Below, in pieces: positions 1-7,938 of a stretch of DNA of 64,000 bases. The notes under the pieces are model-generated. The model was not told the DNA's origin and searched no databases. It saw nothing but the letters and a program-made list of their open reading frames with translations. A program made the translations under genes and the position numbers. The DNA comes from Candidatus Deferrimicrobiaceae bacterium (lineage in GTDB: Bacteria; Desulfobacterota; Deferrimicrobia; Deferrimicrobiales; Deferrimicrobiaceae), in the NCBI GenBank assembly GCA_963792415.1, contig CAWBVY010000006.1, positions 384,001 through 448,000 of the forward strand, given 5' to 3'. Positions within the stretch are counted from its first letter, which is position 1; the number at the start of each line of letters is the position of its first letter.

Positions 1-40
1 CGACGATCGGCCGCTCGAAATCGAGGTATTGGAGGATCAT
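1..40 (-). CDS. accA: acetyl-CoA carboxylase carboxyltransferase alpha subunit, N-terminus only (runs off window)
   Basis: AAGGAG then ATG at 40; translates MILQYLDFERPIV, matching the AccA N-terminal LDFExPI motif; only 13 codons visible. Confidence 0.75.
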   Translation of the reverse strand, partial: MILQYLDFERPIV

Positions 41-91
41 CCGTGCTCCTTCGTGAAGTGTCGTAAACCTATATTTTATGCGGAATTACGA

Positions 92-1000
92 TCAGGACAA
101 GTAGATTCTGACAATTTCCGAGGGGGGGCGGGACGCCTCGCCCGGGACGACGGGGACGAGATCCGGCTCCGAGGAGAGCCAGGTCACCTGCCGCTTGGCG
201 TACCGGCGGGTGTCCCGTTTCACCGCCCCGATCGTTTCGGAAAGCGGGATCCCGTCCAGGAGATGCGCCGCCGCGTGGCGATACCCCAGGGCCATCATCG
301 GCTTGAGGGAGCGGGCGAACCCCCTGGCGAGGAGTTCCCGGACCTCTTCCGACAACCCACGCCGGAACATCTCCTCCGTCCGCGCATCGATCCGGCGGTA
401 CAGCGTCTCCCGGTCCGGCCACAGGGCGAGGAAGAGGCACCCGTGCCTCGCGCCCGCCGAGCTCCAGGTCGCCCGCGCGCGGCTGGGGGGGACCCCGGCG
501 ACCGCGGCGATCTCGAGCGCGCGAAGGACCCGGAGCCGGTCGGAAGGATGGACCTTCGCGGACGTTCCGGGGTCGATGCGGGCAAGCTCCGCGTGGAGCG
601 CCGCCCCCCCTTCCGCTTCCCAGCGCCTTGAGAGCTCCTCCCGGACGCGCGGGTCCGACGGGAGTGGGTCCAGCCCCCGCAGCAGCGCCCGGATGTACAT
701 CCCCGTCCCGCCGACCAGCATCGGGACCTTTCCCCGGGCCCGGATCTCACCGATCGCCCGCTCCGCCTCCCGGACGAACCTCCCGGCGTCGTACGGCTCG
801 GCGGGATCCGCCACGTCGATCAGGTGGTGGGGGACCTCGCTCCGTTCCGCCGCCGTCGGCTTCGCGGTGCCGATGTCGAAGTGCCGGTACACCTGGAGGG
901 AATCGGCGTTGACGATCTCCAGGGGGAATTCGCGCGCCAGGGCGAGGGCCAAGGCCGATTTCCCCGAGGCCGTCGGCCCGGAGAGGACGATGAGTTTCAT
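92..1000 (-). CDS. miaA: tRNA dimethylallyltransferase
   Basis: MKLIVLSGPTASGKS, NADSLQVY, IGTAKP, VGGTGMY, TRRYAKRQ; ATGA overlap with mutL stop. Confidence 0.97.
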   Translation of the reverse strand: MKLIVLSGPTASGKSALALALAREFPLEIVNADSLQVYRHFDIGTAKPTAAERSEVPHHLIDVADPAEPYDAGRFVREAERAIGEIRARGKVPMLVGGTGMYIRALLRGLDPLPSDPRVREELSRRWEAEGGAALHAELARIDPGTSAKVHPSDRLRVLRALEIAAVAGVPPSRARATWSSAGARHGCLFLALWPDRETLYRRIDARTEEMFRRGLSEEVRELLARGFARSLKPMMALGYRHAAAHLLDGIPLSETIGAVKRDTRRYAKRQVTWLSSEPDLVPVVPGEASRPPSEIVRIYLS

Positions 1001-2766
1001 CCGGTTCGATGGAAGAGGGCTTCGAGACGGGCCCGGGAGATGCGGATCCACACCGGGCGGCCGTGGGGACAGCTGTGGGCGGCCACCGCCGCGTCGAGTT
1101 CCGCGAGCAGGAGGCGGGCGCGCTCCGTCGTCACCCGTTCGCCGCCGCGCACGGCCGCGTGGCACGCCATCCGCCAAAGCTCGCGATCCGCGTCGAACAG
1201 GTCCTTGGGGAAGGTTTCCTGGGCGCGGAGCGATTCGCACAACTCCTCCCACCACCGCCGCGCGTCGAACCCCGGCAGGGCCGCCGGGCCCCCGGTCAGG
1301 CGGATCCGCTCCCCACCCGCCGGCTCGAAGGAAAATCCGGTCCGGGCGAGAAACGTCTCCACGGCCGGGCGCTCGTCCCTCTCCGACAGGACCCCCGGGA
1401 GGGCGACCTCCACGGAGTCGAGCCATCGCTGCGTCGGGGCCCTCGTCCCGAGGTACCGATCCTTCAGTCGCGAGAAGACGATCCGTTCGTCCGCGGCGTG
1501 CTGGTCGACGAGGACGATCCCGCCAGCTTCCTCGCAGACCAGGTACGTCCCCAGCGCCTGCCCGATCGGGACCAGGGAGGAAAAGAACCGGTCCCCGGCC
1601 GCTTCGCCACCCCGCTCGGCGAACGGCAGATCCCCCGCCAGTGAAGCGCCGGGCGACGGAAGGGGGAAAGGGGATCCGGTCACACCCTCGAGCGACATGT
1701 CCGGCGGCGATCCCGCCGGCCTGCCCCCCCCCCGCGAGGTCCGTTCTTCCCATCCGTGGGAAGGGAATGCGGAGCGCGACGGCGCCTCCCCGAGCGCCCC
1801 GCCGATGGCGTGGCGCGCCAGTTCGTTCAGGTCCCTGGGATACCGGAAGCGGACCTCCGTCTTCGCCGGGTGGACGTTGACGTCGACCTCCCGCGGGCTG
1901 CAGGTGACGAACAGGTAGAGGACGGGGAGGCGGTCGCCGGGCAGGATCCCCCGGTACGCCTCCCGAACCGCCGCGTAGAGGCCGCGGTCCCGGAAGCGCC
2001 GGCCGTTGACGAAGAACCAGAGACCGCCCGCCCCCGCGCGGGAAACCTGGGGGAGCCCCGCCCAGCCGTAGATCCGGAAAAAGGCGGAGGAGACGTCGAC
2101 GCGGACAAGGTATTGCCCGTCGTCGCCCGCGTGGCGCTTCGCGCGGTCCAGGGCGGATTCGCGGCTCTCGTACGCGAACGCCCCGCGGGGATCGATGAAC
2201 CGGAAGGAGATCCCCTCGCCGGGGATCGCCACGCCGTGGAACACTTCCCACAGGTGCGACATCTCGGTGCGCTCGCTTTTCAGGAACTTCCGGCGGGCGG
2301 GAACGTTCTCGAAGAGCCTCGAGACGGTGACGGTCGTCCCCCGGGGAGCGCCCGCGTCGCGGACGGAGAGGATCGTTCCCCCCTCCGCCACCAGTTCCGT
2401 CCCGCTTCGCTCTTCCGCGGGCCTGGTGACGACGGAGACCCGCGCCACCGAGGCGATCGACGGGAGCGCCTCGCCGCGGAACCCGAAGGAGCCGATCCGC
2501 TCGAGGTCGTCCGCCGAGGCGATCTTGCTCGTCGTGTGCCTGCGAACCGCGAGCTCCGCCTCCTCGCGGGACATGCCGCACCCGTCGTCGGTGACGCGGA
2601 GGGAGAACGGGAAGGGACCCGAGACGTGCGCCTCGACGCTCCCCGCGCCGGAGTCCACGGCGTTTTCCAGCAGCTCCTTGAGGACCGACGCGGGGCGTTC
2701 GACCACCTCCCCCGCGGCGATCCGGTTGACGACGTCGTCCGGCAGGGGCCGGATGCGGGAGGTCAA
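997..2766 (-). CDS. mutL: DNA mismatch repair endonuclease MutL
   Basis: NRIAAGEVVERPASVLKELLEN, GFRGEAL, DVNVHPAK, DQHAADER, CPHGRP; TTG start. Confidence 0.97.
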   Translation of the reverse strand: MTSRIRPLPDDVVNRIAAGEVVERPASVLKELLENAVDSGAGSVEAHVSGPFPFSLRVTDDGCGMSREEAELAVRRHTTSKIASADDLERIGSFGFRGEALPSIASVARVSVVTRPAEERSGTELVAEGGTILSVRDAGAPRGTTVTVSRLFENVPARRKFLKSERTEMSHLWEVFHGVAIPGEGISFRFIDPRGAFAYESRESALDRAKRHAGDDGQYLVRVDVSSAFFRIYGWAGLPQVSRAGAGGLWFFVNGRRFRDRGLYAAVREAYRGILPGDRLPVLYLFVTCSPREVDVNVHPAKTEVRFRYPRDLNELARHAIGGALGEAPSRSAFPSHGWEERTSRGGGRPAGSPPDMSLEGVTGSPFPLPSPGASLAGDLPFAERGGEAAGDRFFSSLVPIGQALGTYLVCEEAGGIVLVDQHAADERIVFSRLKDRYLGTRAPTQRWLDSVEVALPGVLSERDERPAVETFLARTGFSFEPAGGERIRLTGGPAALPGFDARRWWEELCESLRAQETFPKDLFDADRELWRMACHAAVRGGERVTTERARLLLAELDAAVAAHSCPHGRPVWIRISRARLEALFHRTG

Positions 2767-4191
2767 TTACTTCCCGCCCTTGCGGCGGCGGGGGGCGCCG
2801 GGAAGATCCTCCCCGATGCGGATCTCGGCGCGGCGGATCCTCGAGATCTTCTCCTCGAAGTCCGCGCGGAGCGCCTCCGTGCCTTTCTCCCCCATCAGCG
2901 CGCGGGAGATCCGCTTCCCCTCCTCGACGCCGGGCTGGTCGAACGGGTCGACCCCGGCGCACGTACCCGCGATCGCCGTCACCCATTCCCAGAAGTGGAG
3001 GAACGCGCCGACGTGTTCCTCGTCGCGCTTCCCGATCTCCATGCGCACGATGGGGCGCCCCGCGCTCCACAGCGCGCCGATCGTCCCCTCGAACTCCGCG
3101 TCGAAGAGATCCCGCAACGGGCGGCCGCCGAGCATCGCCATGTCCGGGGCGAACCCCGCCTTCGGGACGTTCCCCTTCTCCCTTCCCGTCATCCACCGGA
3201 CGAAGGTGAAGACCTTGTCCCCGGGACCGTCCTGGTAGAGCTGAAGCTGGGAGTGCTGGTCGGTGACGCCCACCGCGCGCGCGGGGGTCTGTCCGACGGG
3301 GGATCGGCCCTCGCGCTCCTTTCCCAGGCTCTCTCCCCAGAGCTGCTGCCACCACTCCGCGATCCGGTCCAGCCCCGCCCCGTAGGTGAACCAGACCTGC
3401 ACCGCCTTCGGCTTCACCAGGAGGTAGTACGCGTAGACCGCCGCGGCGAACCGGATCGGGTTGTCGGTCCCCTTCGTATGCCGGAAGATCGCCTCCATCT
3501 GCGCGGCCCCCGCGAGAAGCCGCCCCACGCGAACCCCCGCGGCGGCGAGCGGAAACAGCCCCACCGGCGAGAGGACGGAGAAGCGGCCGCCGACGTTCGG
3601 CGGCACGGCATAGCTTTTCAGTCCCTCCGCGTCCGCCATCCGGCGGAAGACCCCCTTCGAAGGGTCGGTGACGAGGATCAGCCGCTCCCTCCAGCGCGCC
3701 CCGACGGCTTTCTTCAACGCGGCGATCGCGAGCGCGAGCTGGGCGTTCGTCTCCGCCGTCCCCCCCGATTTGCTGATGGCCACCACGACGGTCTTCTTCA
3801 TCGGGAGCTTCGCCAGGAGGGGGAAGAAGGCGTCGGGGTCGACGTTGTCCCCCACGGAGAGCGCCATCCCGGGGCGCCCCGCGCCTCCGACCGCCTCGTG
3901 CACCGCTTTCGTCCCCAGCGCCGAGCCGCCGATGCCGAGGACGAGGAGGTGGGTGCATTTCGCGCGAAGGGCCGCCGCGTCCCGCGAGATCGCCCGGGCC
4001 CCCTTCTCGAGGAACGGCAGGTCGGGGAAGCCGATCTCCCCGCGCCGATGCTTACCCGCGAGCGTCTCCACGGCGTCGTCGACCAGCGCCATCATCTTCC
4101 GGAAGTCGGGCGCGGCGATCCCGTCCCCCCCCCGGAGGTTGCTCTCTCCCACGAGGGAGAAATCGAAACGAAACCGGATTCCGTCGCCCAT
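2767..4191 (-). CDS. pgi: glucose-6-phosphate isomerase
   Basis: LGIGGSALG, SKSGGTAET, VGGRFSVLS, QQLWGESLGK, DQHS, PFDQPGVEEGK. Confidence 0.96.
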   Translation of the reverse strand: MGDGIRFRFDFSLVGESNLRGGDGIAAPDFRKMMALVDDAVETLAGKHRRGEIGFPDLPFLEKGARAISRDAAALRAKCTHLLVLGIGGSALGTKAVHEAVGGAGRPGMALSVGDNVDPDAFFPLLAKLPMKKTVVVAISKSGGTAETNAQLALAIAALKKAVGARWRERLILVTDPSKGVFRRMADAEGLKSYAVPPNVGGRFSVLSPVGLFPLAAAGVRVGRLLAGAAQMEAIFRHTKGTDNPIRFAAAVYAYYLLVKPKAVQVWFTYGAGLDRIAEWWQQLWGESLGKEREGRSPVGQTPARAVGVTDQHSQLQLYQDGPGDKVFTFVRWMTGREKGNVPKAGFAPDMAMLGGRPLRDLFDAEFEGTIGALWSAGRPIVRMEIGKRDEEHVGAFLHFWEWVTAIAGTCAGVDPFDQPGVEEGKRISRALMGEKGTEALRADFEEKISRIRRAEIRIGEDLPGAPRRRKGGK

Positions 4192-4363
4192 GGTGCCCCC
4201 TTTCCTCCGTCAACGAGGCCATCTGTCGCGATTCATGCATACGGCAACATACAACCGGATTCTTTGACTCAGGGCTCGTTCCCCGTTTTTCCCGCCGCGG
4301 GGGTACCCCGGGGAGCGCTATTCGTGCGGGAGTGGGGCCCCTCCCCTCCTCCCGTCGATGCGC

Positions 4364-5485
4364 CTAGCCCTCGACGGGCTCCTTTTCCCCGAGCACCCGG
4401 AACTTCGACTCCATCGCCTTCATACGATCGACGATGCCGCCGTACTCGAGCTCGCTGTACGGAAGCATCGCGGGCCCGAAGAACCCCTGCCGTCGAAGGT
4501 CCTCGGACTTCGCCGACACCCGGTCCCTGACGTACTCCCAATACGGGTGATCGAACGCGTCGGCCGGCTCGGTGAGCCGCCCGTCCTTTACGCAGAAGGC
4601 GAGGGCCGAGACGATCGGCGGGCCGTCGAAGAAGGAGATTCCCGTGTTCCGCGGCACCGGCATGAGTGCCCCGTGGTGGCTTCCCCGCATGAAGCCGGCG
4701 ACCAGGTGGCCGATGGTGTAGGGGGCGAGCACCTCCCCCGTGGCGGGAAAGTTCCCCTGCGTCCGGACCAGCATCACCGGGTCGTCCTTCCCCGTGTACT
4801 TCCCCGCGATGTTGTGGAGCCGGGTGGTGCTGACCACGGCCGCGATCTCTCCGGTGGCGCGGGAACGGATGGATTCGACGACGAACCGCTCCTGGTCGCG
4901 CAGCAGCGCCGCGATGTCGTAGAGGTCCTCGGGCGCCGAGAGGTCGATCACCTTGTCCCCTTCCGTGTTCGCGACGTCCATGATGCGGAAGGTGAACCCT
5001 TTCCCCAGCTTCGGGGAGAGGATGAGGCCGGAGGAGAACATCGGGTCGGCGAAGCCGAGGTAGGACGGGAGGTTGTACGCTCCCGGGTCGGTCTTGTCCG
5101 CCGCGAACAGGACGAACGGCTCGTTCGGGCGCTCCTCGAACTCCATCTCCGCCACCGCGGGCCCCATCCCCTTCACGTTGCCCGAGAACGAGTCCTTCAG
5201 CAGGTCCTGTCCCGCGCCGTAGAGCCCCTCGGCCCTCGCCGTCGCGGTTCCCGCGAGGAAGGTATCCCAGGCCAACTTGTGGATCTTCGCGTTTCCCGTC
5301 CCCCCGGTGTGGGACATCAGGATCGCCACGTCGTCCCCGGTGAAGCCGACGTAGGCGTCGATCAGAAGCCCTTTCCCGAGCTCGGCAACCTTCGCCCGCA
5401 CCGTTTCGAGCAGCTTCGCGCTCGGCCGGATGTGCCCCCCGATGGAACCGATGTCCGCCTTGATGACCGACAAGGTGACCTTCAT
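4364..5485 (-). CDS. fbp: bifunctional fructose-1,6-bisphosphate aldolase/phosphatase (class V FBPase)
   Basis: KADIGSIGGH, GDD, YGAGQDLL, GNVKGMGP, DKTDPGAYN, YTGKDDP, GFMRGSH. Confidence 0.95.
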   Translation of the reverse strand: MKVTLSVIKADIGSIGGHIRPSAKLLETVRAKVAELGKGLLIDAYVGFTGDDVAILMSHTGGTGNAKIHKLAWDTFLAGTATARAEGLYGAGQDLLKDSFSGNVKGMGPAVAEMEFEERPNEPFVLFAADKTDPGAYNLPSYLGFADPMFSSGLILSPKLGKGFTFRIMDVANTEGDKVIDLSAPEDLYDIAALLRDQERFVVESIRSRATGEIAAVVSTTRLHNIAGKYTGKDDPVMLVRTQGNFPATGEVLAPYTIGHLVAGFMRGSHHGALMPVPRNTGISFFDGPPIVSALAFCVKDGRLTEPADAFDHPYWEYVRDRVSAKSEDLRRQGFFGPAMLPYSELEYGGIVDRMKAMESKFRVLGEKEPVEG

Positions 5486-5497
5486 GGAAGCCTCCTT

Positions 5498-6481
5498 TCA
5501 AGCAGGTCTTTCGGTTTCCTCGCGCCGGTACCATTTTATGAAAAGGGAAACGCCGCGCCCGATCGGGGTGCGCGGGTCGTATCCGATCTCTCTCCTCGCC
5601 CGGGAGATGTCGGCGTACGTCACGGGGACGTCCCCGGGCTGCGGCGGCTGGAAGCGCCGCACGGCGGTCTTCCCGCACGCCTTCTCGATCAGCGCGACCA
5701 GGTCCGAAAGGGAGATCGTGGCCGACTCCCCGAGATTGTAGACCCGGTACCCCGGGGGAGCGGTCAGCGCTCCGAGGACCCCGGAGACGACGTCTTCGAT
5801 ATAGGTGTAATCCCTCCGTGAGGACCCGTCGCCGTACAGGTCGATCCCCTTCCCTTCCAGGATCCGGCGGGTGAACTTGTGGATCGCCATCTCGGGGCGC
5901 TGGCGGGGGCCGTACACGGTGAAGAAGCGGAGGGCCGCGACGTTCAACCCGTACAGGTGGCAATACGTGTGGCAGAGCAACTCCCCCGCCTTCTTCGTCG
6001 CCGCGTAGGGGCTCACGGGGTGATCGACGAAGTCGTCCTCGGAGAAGGGAACCTTCGTATTGCCGCCGTAGACGGACGAGGAGGATGCGAAGAGGATCCT
6101 CGGGACCCTCCGGTCCCGCGCCCACTCGAGCATCCGGATCGTGCCGTGGACGTTCACGTCCGCATAGCCGACGGGATCGGCGACCGATGGCCGGACCCCG
6201 GCCTTCGCGGCCAGGTGGATGAGCGCGTCGGGAGGGATCCCTTCCCCCCAACGGCCAAGGGCCGGGGCGTCGCGGATATCCCCCTCGAGGAAGGAGAACG
6301 ACGGGTGCGCCGAAAGCCTTGCCAGGTTGCGCTCCTTGATCCGCCGGTCGTAGAAAGGATCGAAGTTGTCGAGACCGTGGACCCGGTCCCCGCGGGCGAG
6401 AAGCGCTTCCACCACGTGCGAACCGATGAAGCCGGCAGCGCCGGTGACGAACATGTTCAGGGGCACACTCGAATCTCCCAT
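5498..6481 (-). CDS. NAD-dependent nucleotide-sugar epimerase (UDP-glucuronate 4-epimerase-like)
   Basis: VTGAAGFIG, HLAAKAGVRPS, ASSSSVYG, YAATK, LRFFTVYGPRQRPEMA, QPGDV. Confidence 0.9.
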   Translation of the reverse strand: MGDSSVPLNMFVTGAAGFIGSHVVEALLARGDRVHGLDNFDPFYDRRIKERNLARLSAHPSFSFLEGDIRDAPALGRWGEGIPPDALIHLAAKAGVRPSVADPVGYADVNVHGTIRMLEWARDRRVPRILFASSSSVYGGNTKVPFSEDDFVDHPVSPYAATKKAGELLCHTYCHLYGLNVAALRFFTVYGPRQRPEMAIHKFTRRILEGKGIDLYGDGSSRRDYTYIEDVVSGVLGALTAPPGYRVYNLGESATISLSDLVALIEKACGKTAVRRFQPPQPGDVPVTYADISRARREIGYDPRTPIGRGVSLFIKWYRREETERPA

Positions 6482-6568
6482 GCCGGATCCCCCCGCCGTT
6501 TCTCTCCCAATACTATCCCAGAACGGGAAAGTTCCAAAAAGGAGTCCGCGAAGCGGGACCGGGCGGAC

Positions 6569-6598
6569 TTGACAGCGGGAAGGGTGCCGGAGAACAAT
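6569..6598 (+). promoter_or_regulatory. candidate sigma70 promoter
   Basis: TTGACA-18 nt-AACAAT upstream of the 6627 ORF. Confidence 0.5.
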
Positions 6599-6626
6599 AC
6601 CCGATGCCTCAGGGGGGGGGATCGGA

Positions 6627-7292
6627 ATGTTCGAAAAAGCGTTGGCGCAGAACCGGGAGGCGATCTACGCGATCCTGGCGTCCTCTTCCTTGCCGCCGGA
6701 GGCCGCGACGCCTTCGGGCGGGACGGCCTTCATGATCGCTCCGGGGCTGCTGGTGACGGCCGCGCGCTGCGTCCCCGGAGGGTCGGACCCGGGCAACCTC
6801 TCCTGCCCCGAGCTGTCGCTCGTCCGTGCCCCGGACATCGGCCGGGGGACGGAGCGGGCGACCCTGGTCTCCCTGGACCGCGGGAAGGGGCTGGCCCTCC
6901 TGCGGATCGATGCTCCGCGATCCGCCGCCTTCCTGAGGGTTCTCGACGTCCCCGTCCCGATCGGCACCCAGTGCGCGTATTCCGGTTTTCCGCGCATATC
7001 GATGGGTCCCGCTCCCCGGCCCGGCGTCTCCCTCATCGAGATGTTCCAGGGGGCGTGCGTCTCTTCCTTCGTGAGAACGGCCGGCCCGGGCGGCGAACCC
7101 GTACCCTATTACGTGACGGACGCCCCCGTCGTAGGGGACGCTTCCGGCTGTCCCGGTTTCCTCTCGTCGGGCGAGGTCTTCGGCATGCTCAACTCCCCGC
7201 CATGCGACATCCGGTCCGCACTTCCCTCCTGGGTGCCGTCGATGGACATCGTTTCGTTCGCCCGGGGCAACGGGGTTCCGCTCCCGTCGTGA
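6627..7292 (+). CDS. trypsin-like peptidase-fold protein with degenerate catalytic triad
   Basis: GGTAFMIAPGLLVTAARCV, KGLALLRI, YSGFP, DAPVVGDASGCP, GEVFGM follow the Trypsin_2 motif order; G-rich SD upstream. Confidence 0.7.
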   Translation: MFEKALAQNREAIYAILASSSLPPEAATPSGGTAFMIAPGLLVTAARCVPGGSDPGNLSCPELSLVRAPDIGRGTERATLVSLDRGKGLALLRIDAPRSAAFLRVLDVPVPIGTQCAYSGFPRISMGPAPRPGVSLIEMFQGACVSSFVRTAGPGGEPVPYYVTDAPVVGDASGCPGFLSSGEVFGMLNSPPCDIRSALPSWVPSMDIVSFARGNGVPLPS

Positions 7293-7338
7293 ATAGGGGT
7301 GGATTTCGGCGCTGCCTGTCGAATATAATCCACGGTGC

Positions 7339-7413
7339 GGCGGCATAGCCAAGTGGTAAGGCAGAGGACTGCAAATCCTTTATCCCCCGGTTCGAATCCG
7401 GGTGCCGCCTCCA
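7339..7413 (+). tRNA. tRNA-Cys (GCA)
   Basis: GGCGGCA acceptor, CCAAGTGGTAAGG D-arm, ctGCAaa anticodon loop, GGTTCGAATCC, encoded CCA; TATAAT at 7324-7329. Confidence 0.97.
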
Positions 7414-7416
7414 CCC

Positions 7417-7530
7417 TCCTTCGCTCGAAAATCGCAACCACAATACCTTGATTTTCGAGCTACGGAGGATCGCCCCGCCGTAGCTTGGGGGACAGCGGAA
7501 TTTCGTATGGAGCCCGAGCGAAGGCGGGCA
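7417..7530. repeat. tRNA 3'-adjacent inverted-doublet palindrome, copy 1
   Basis: CCTTCGCTC 7418, GAGCTACGG 7457, CCGTAGCT 7478, GAGCGAAGG 7516; same modules in same order as copy 2. Confidence 0.75.
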
Positions 7531-7612
7531 TTCCTCCTTCCCTCCGCGTTTGACTGGAAGAAGATCCGCTCCACCTGTACCCGAGCCTATTTATGTTATC
7601 TTTCCTTAAAGC

Positions 7613-7700
7613 GCCCGGGTGGCGGAACTGGCAGACGCACGGGACTTAAAATCCCGAGGCTGAATAAGCCGTGTGGGTTCAATTCCCACCCCGGGCACCA
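7613..7700 (+). tRNA. tRNA-Leu (TAA)
   Basis: GCCCGGG acceptor, GGAACTGGCAGAC D-arm, ctTAAaa anticodon loop, long variable arm, GGTTCAATTCC, encoded CCA. Confidence 0.97.
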
Positions 7701-7833
7701 TCCTTCGCTCCTCACCGCTGCCGTACTGCCAGGGTTCGGAGCTACGGATGGCTTCGCCATCGGGGGCGAAGGATAGCCCTCCGTAGCTCGAGCGAGCGAA
7801 GGTTTCCGAACAGAGCTTGAGCGAAGGAGGGCA
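7701..7833. repeat. tRNA 3'-adjacent inverted-doublet palindrome, copy 2
   Basis: CCTTCGCTC 7702, GAGCTACGG 7739, CCGTAGCTC 7781, GAGCGAAGG 7794 and 7819. Confidence 0.75.
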
Positions 7834-7877
7834 ATTCGCCTCACGGGGAATTGAACGCGAGCCGCCGTGCCCCTTCC

Positions 7878-7906
7878 TTGACCCACCTCCAACCGGCGAA
7901 TAGAAT
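7878..7906 (+). promoter_or_regulatory. sigma70 promoter of the liv operon
   Basis: TTGACC-17 nt-TAGAAT, about 30 nt upstream of the ATG at 7939. Confidence 0.65.
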
Positions 7907-7938
7907 TGCAATTCAACCTTGTCCGAGGGGGCTGTCCC

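Noticed and set aside
92-3958. 1288-aa ORF suggesting a giant MiaA fusion
   Set aside because: Only the last 302 aa are MiaA; the rest is an Arg/Gly/Pro-rich alternate frame of mutL and pgi.
4270-4360. GC-rich inverted repeats between fbp and pgi
   Set aside because: Short imperfect stems expected at this GC content; no U-tract or second copy.
7417-7833. Possible CRISPR array or att-site duplication after the tRNAs
   Set aside because: No regular repeat-spacer period, no cas genes, no duplicated tRNA 3' end and no integrase.
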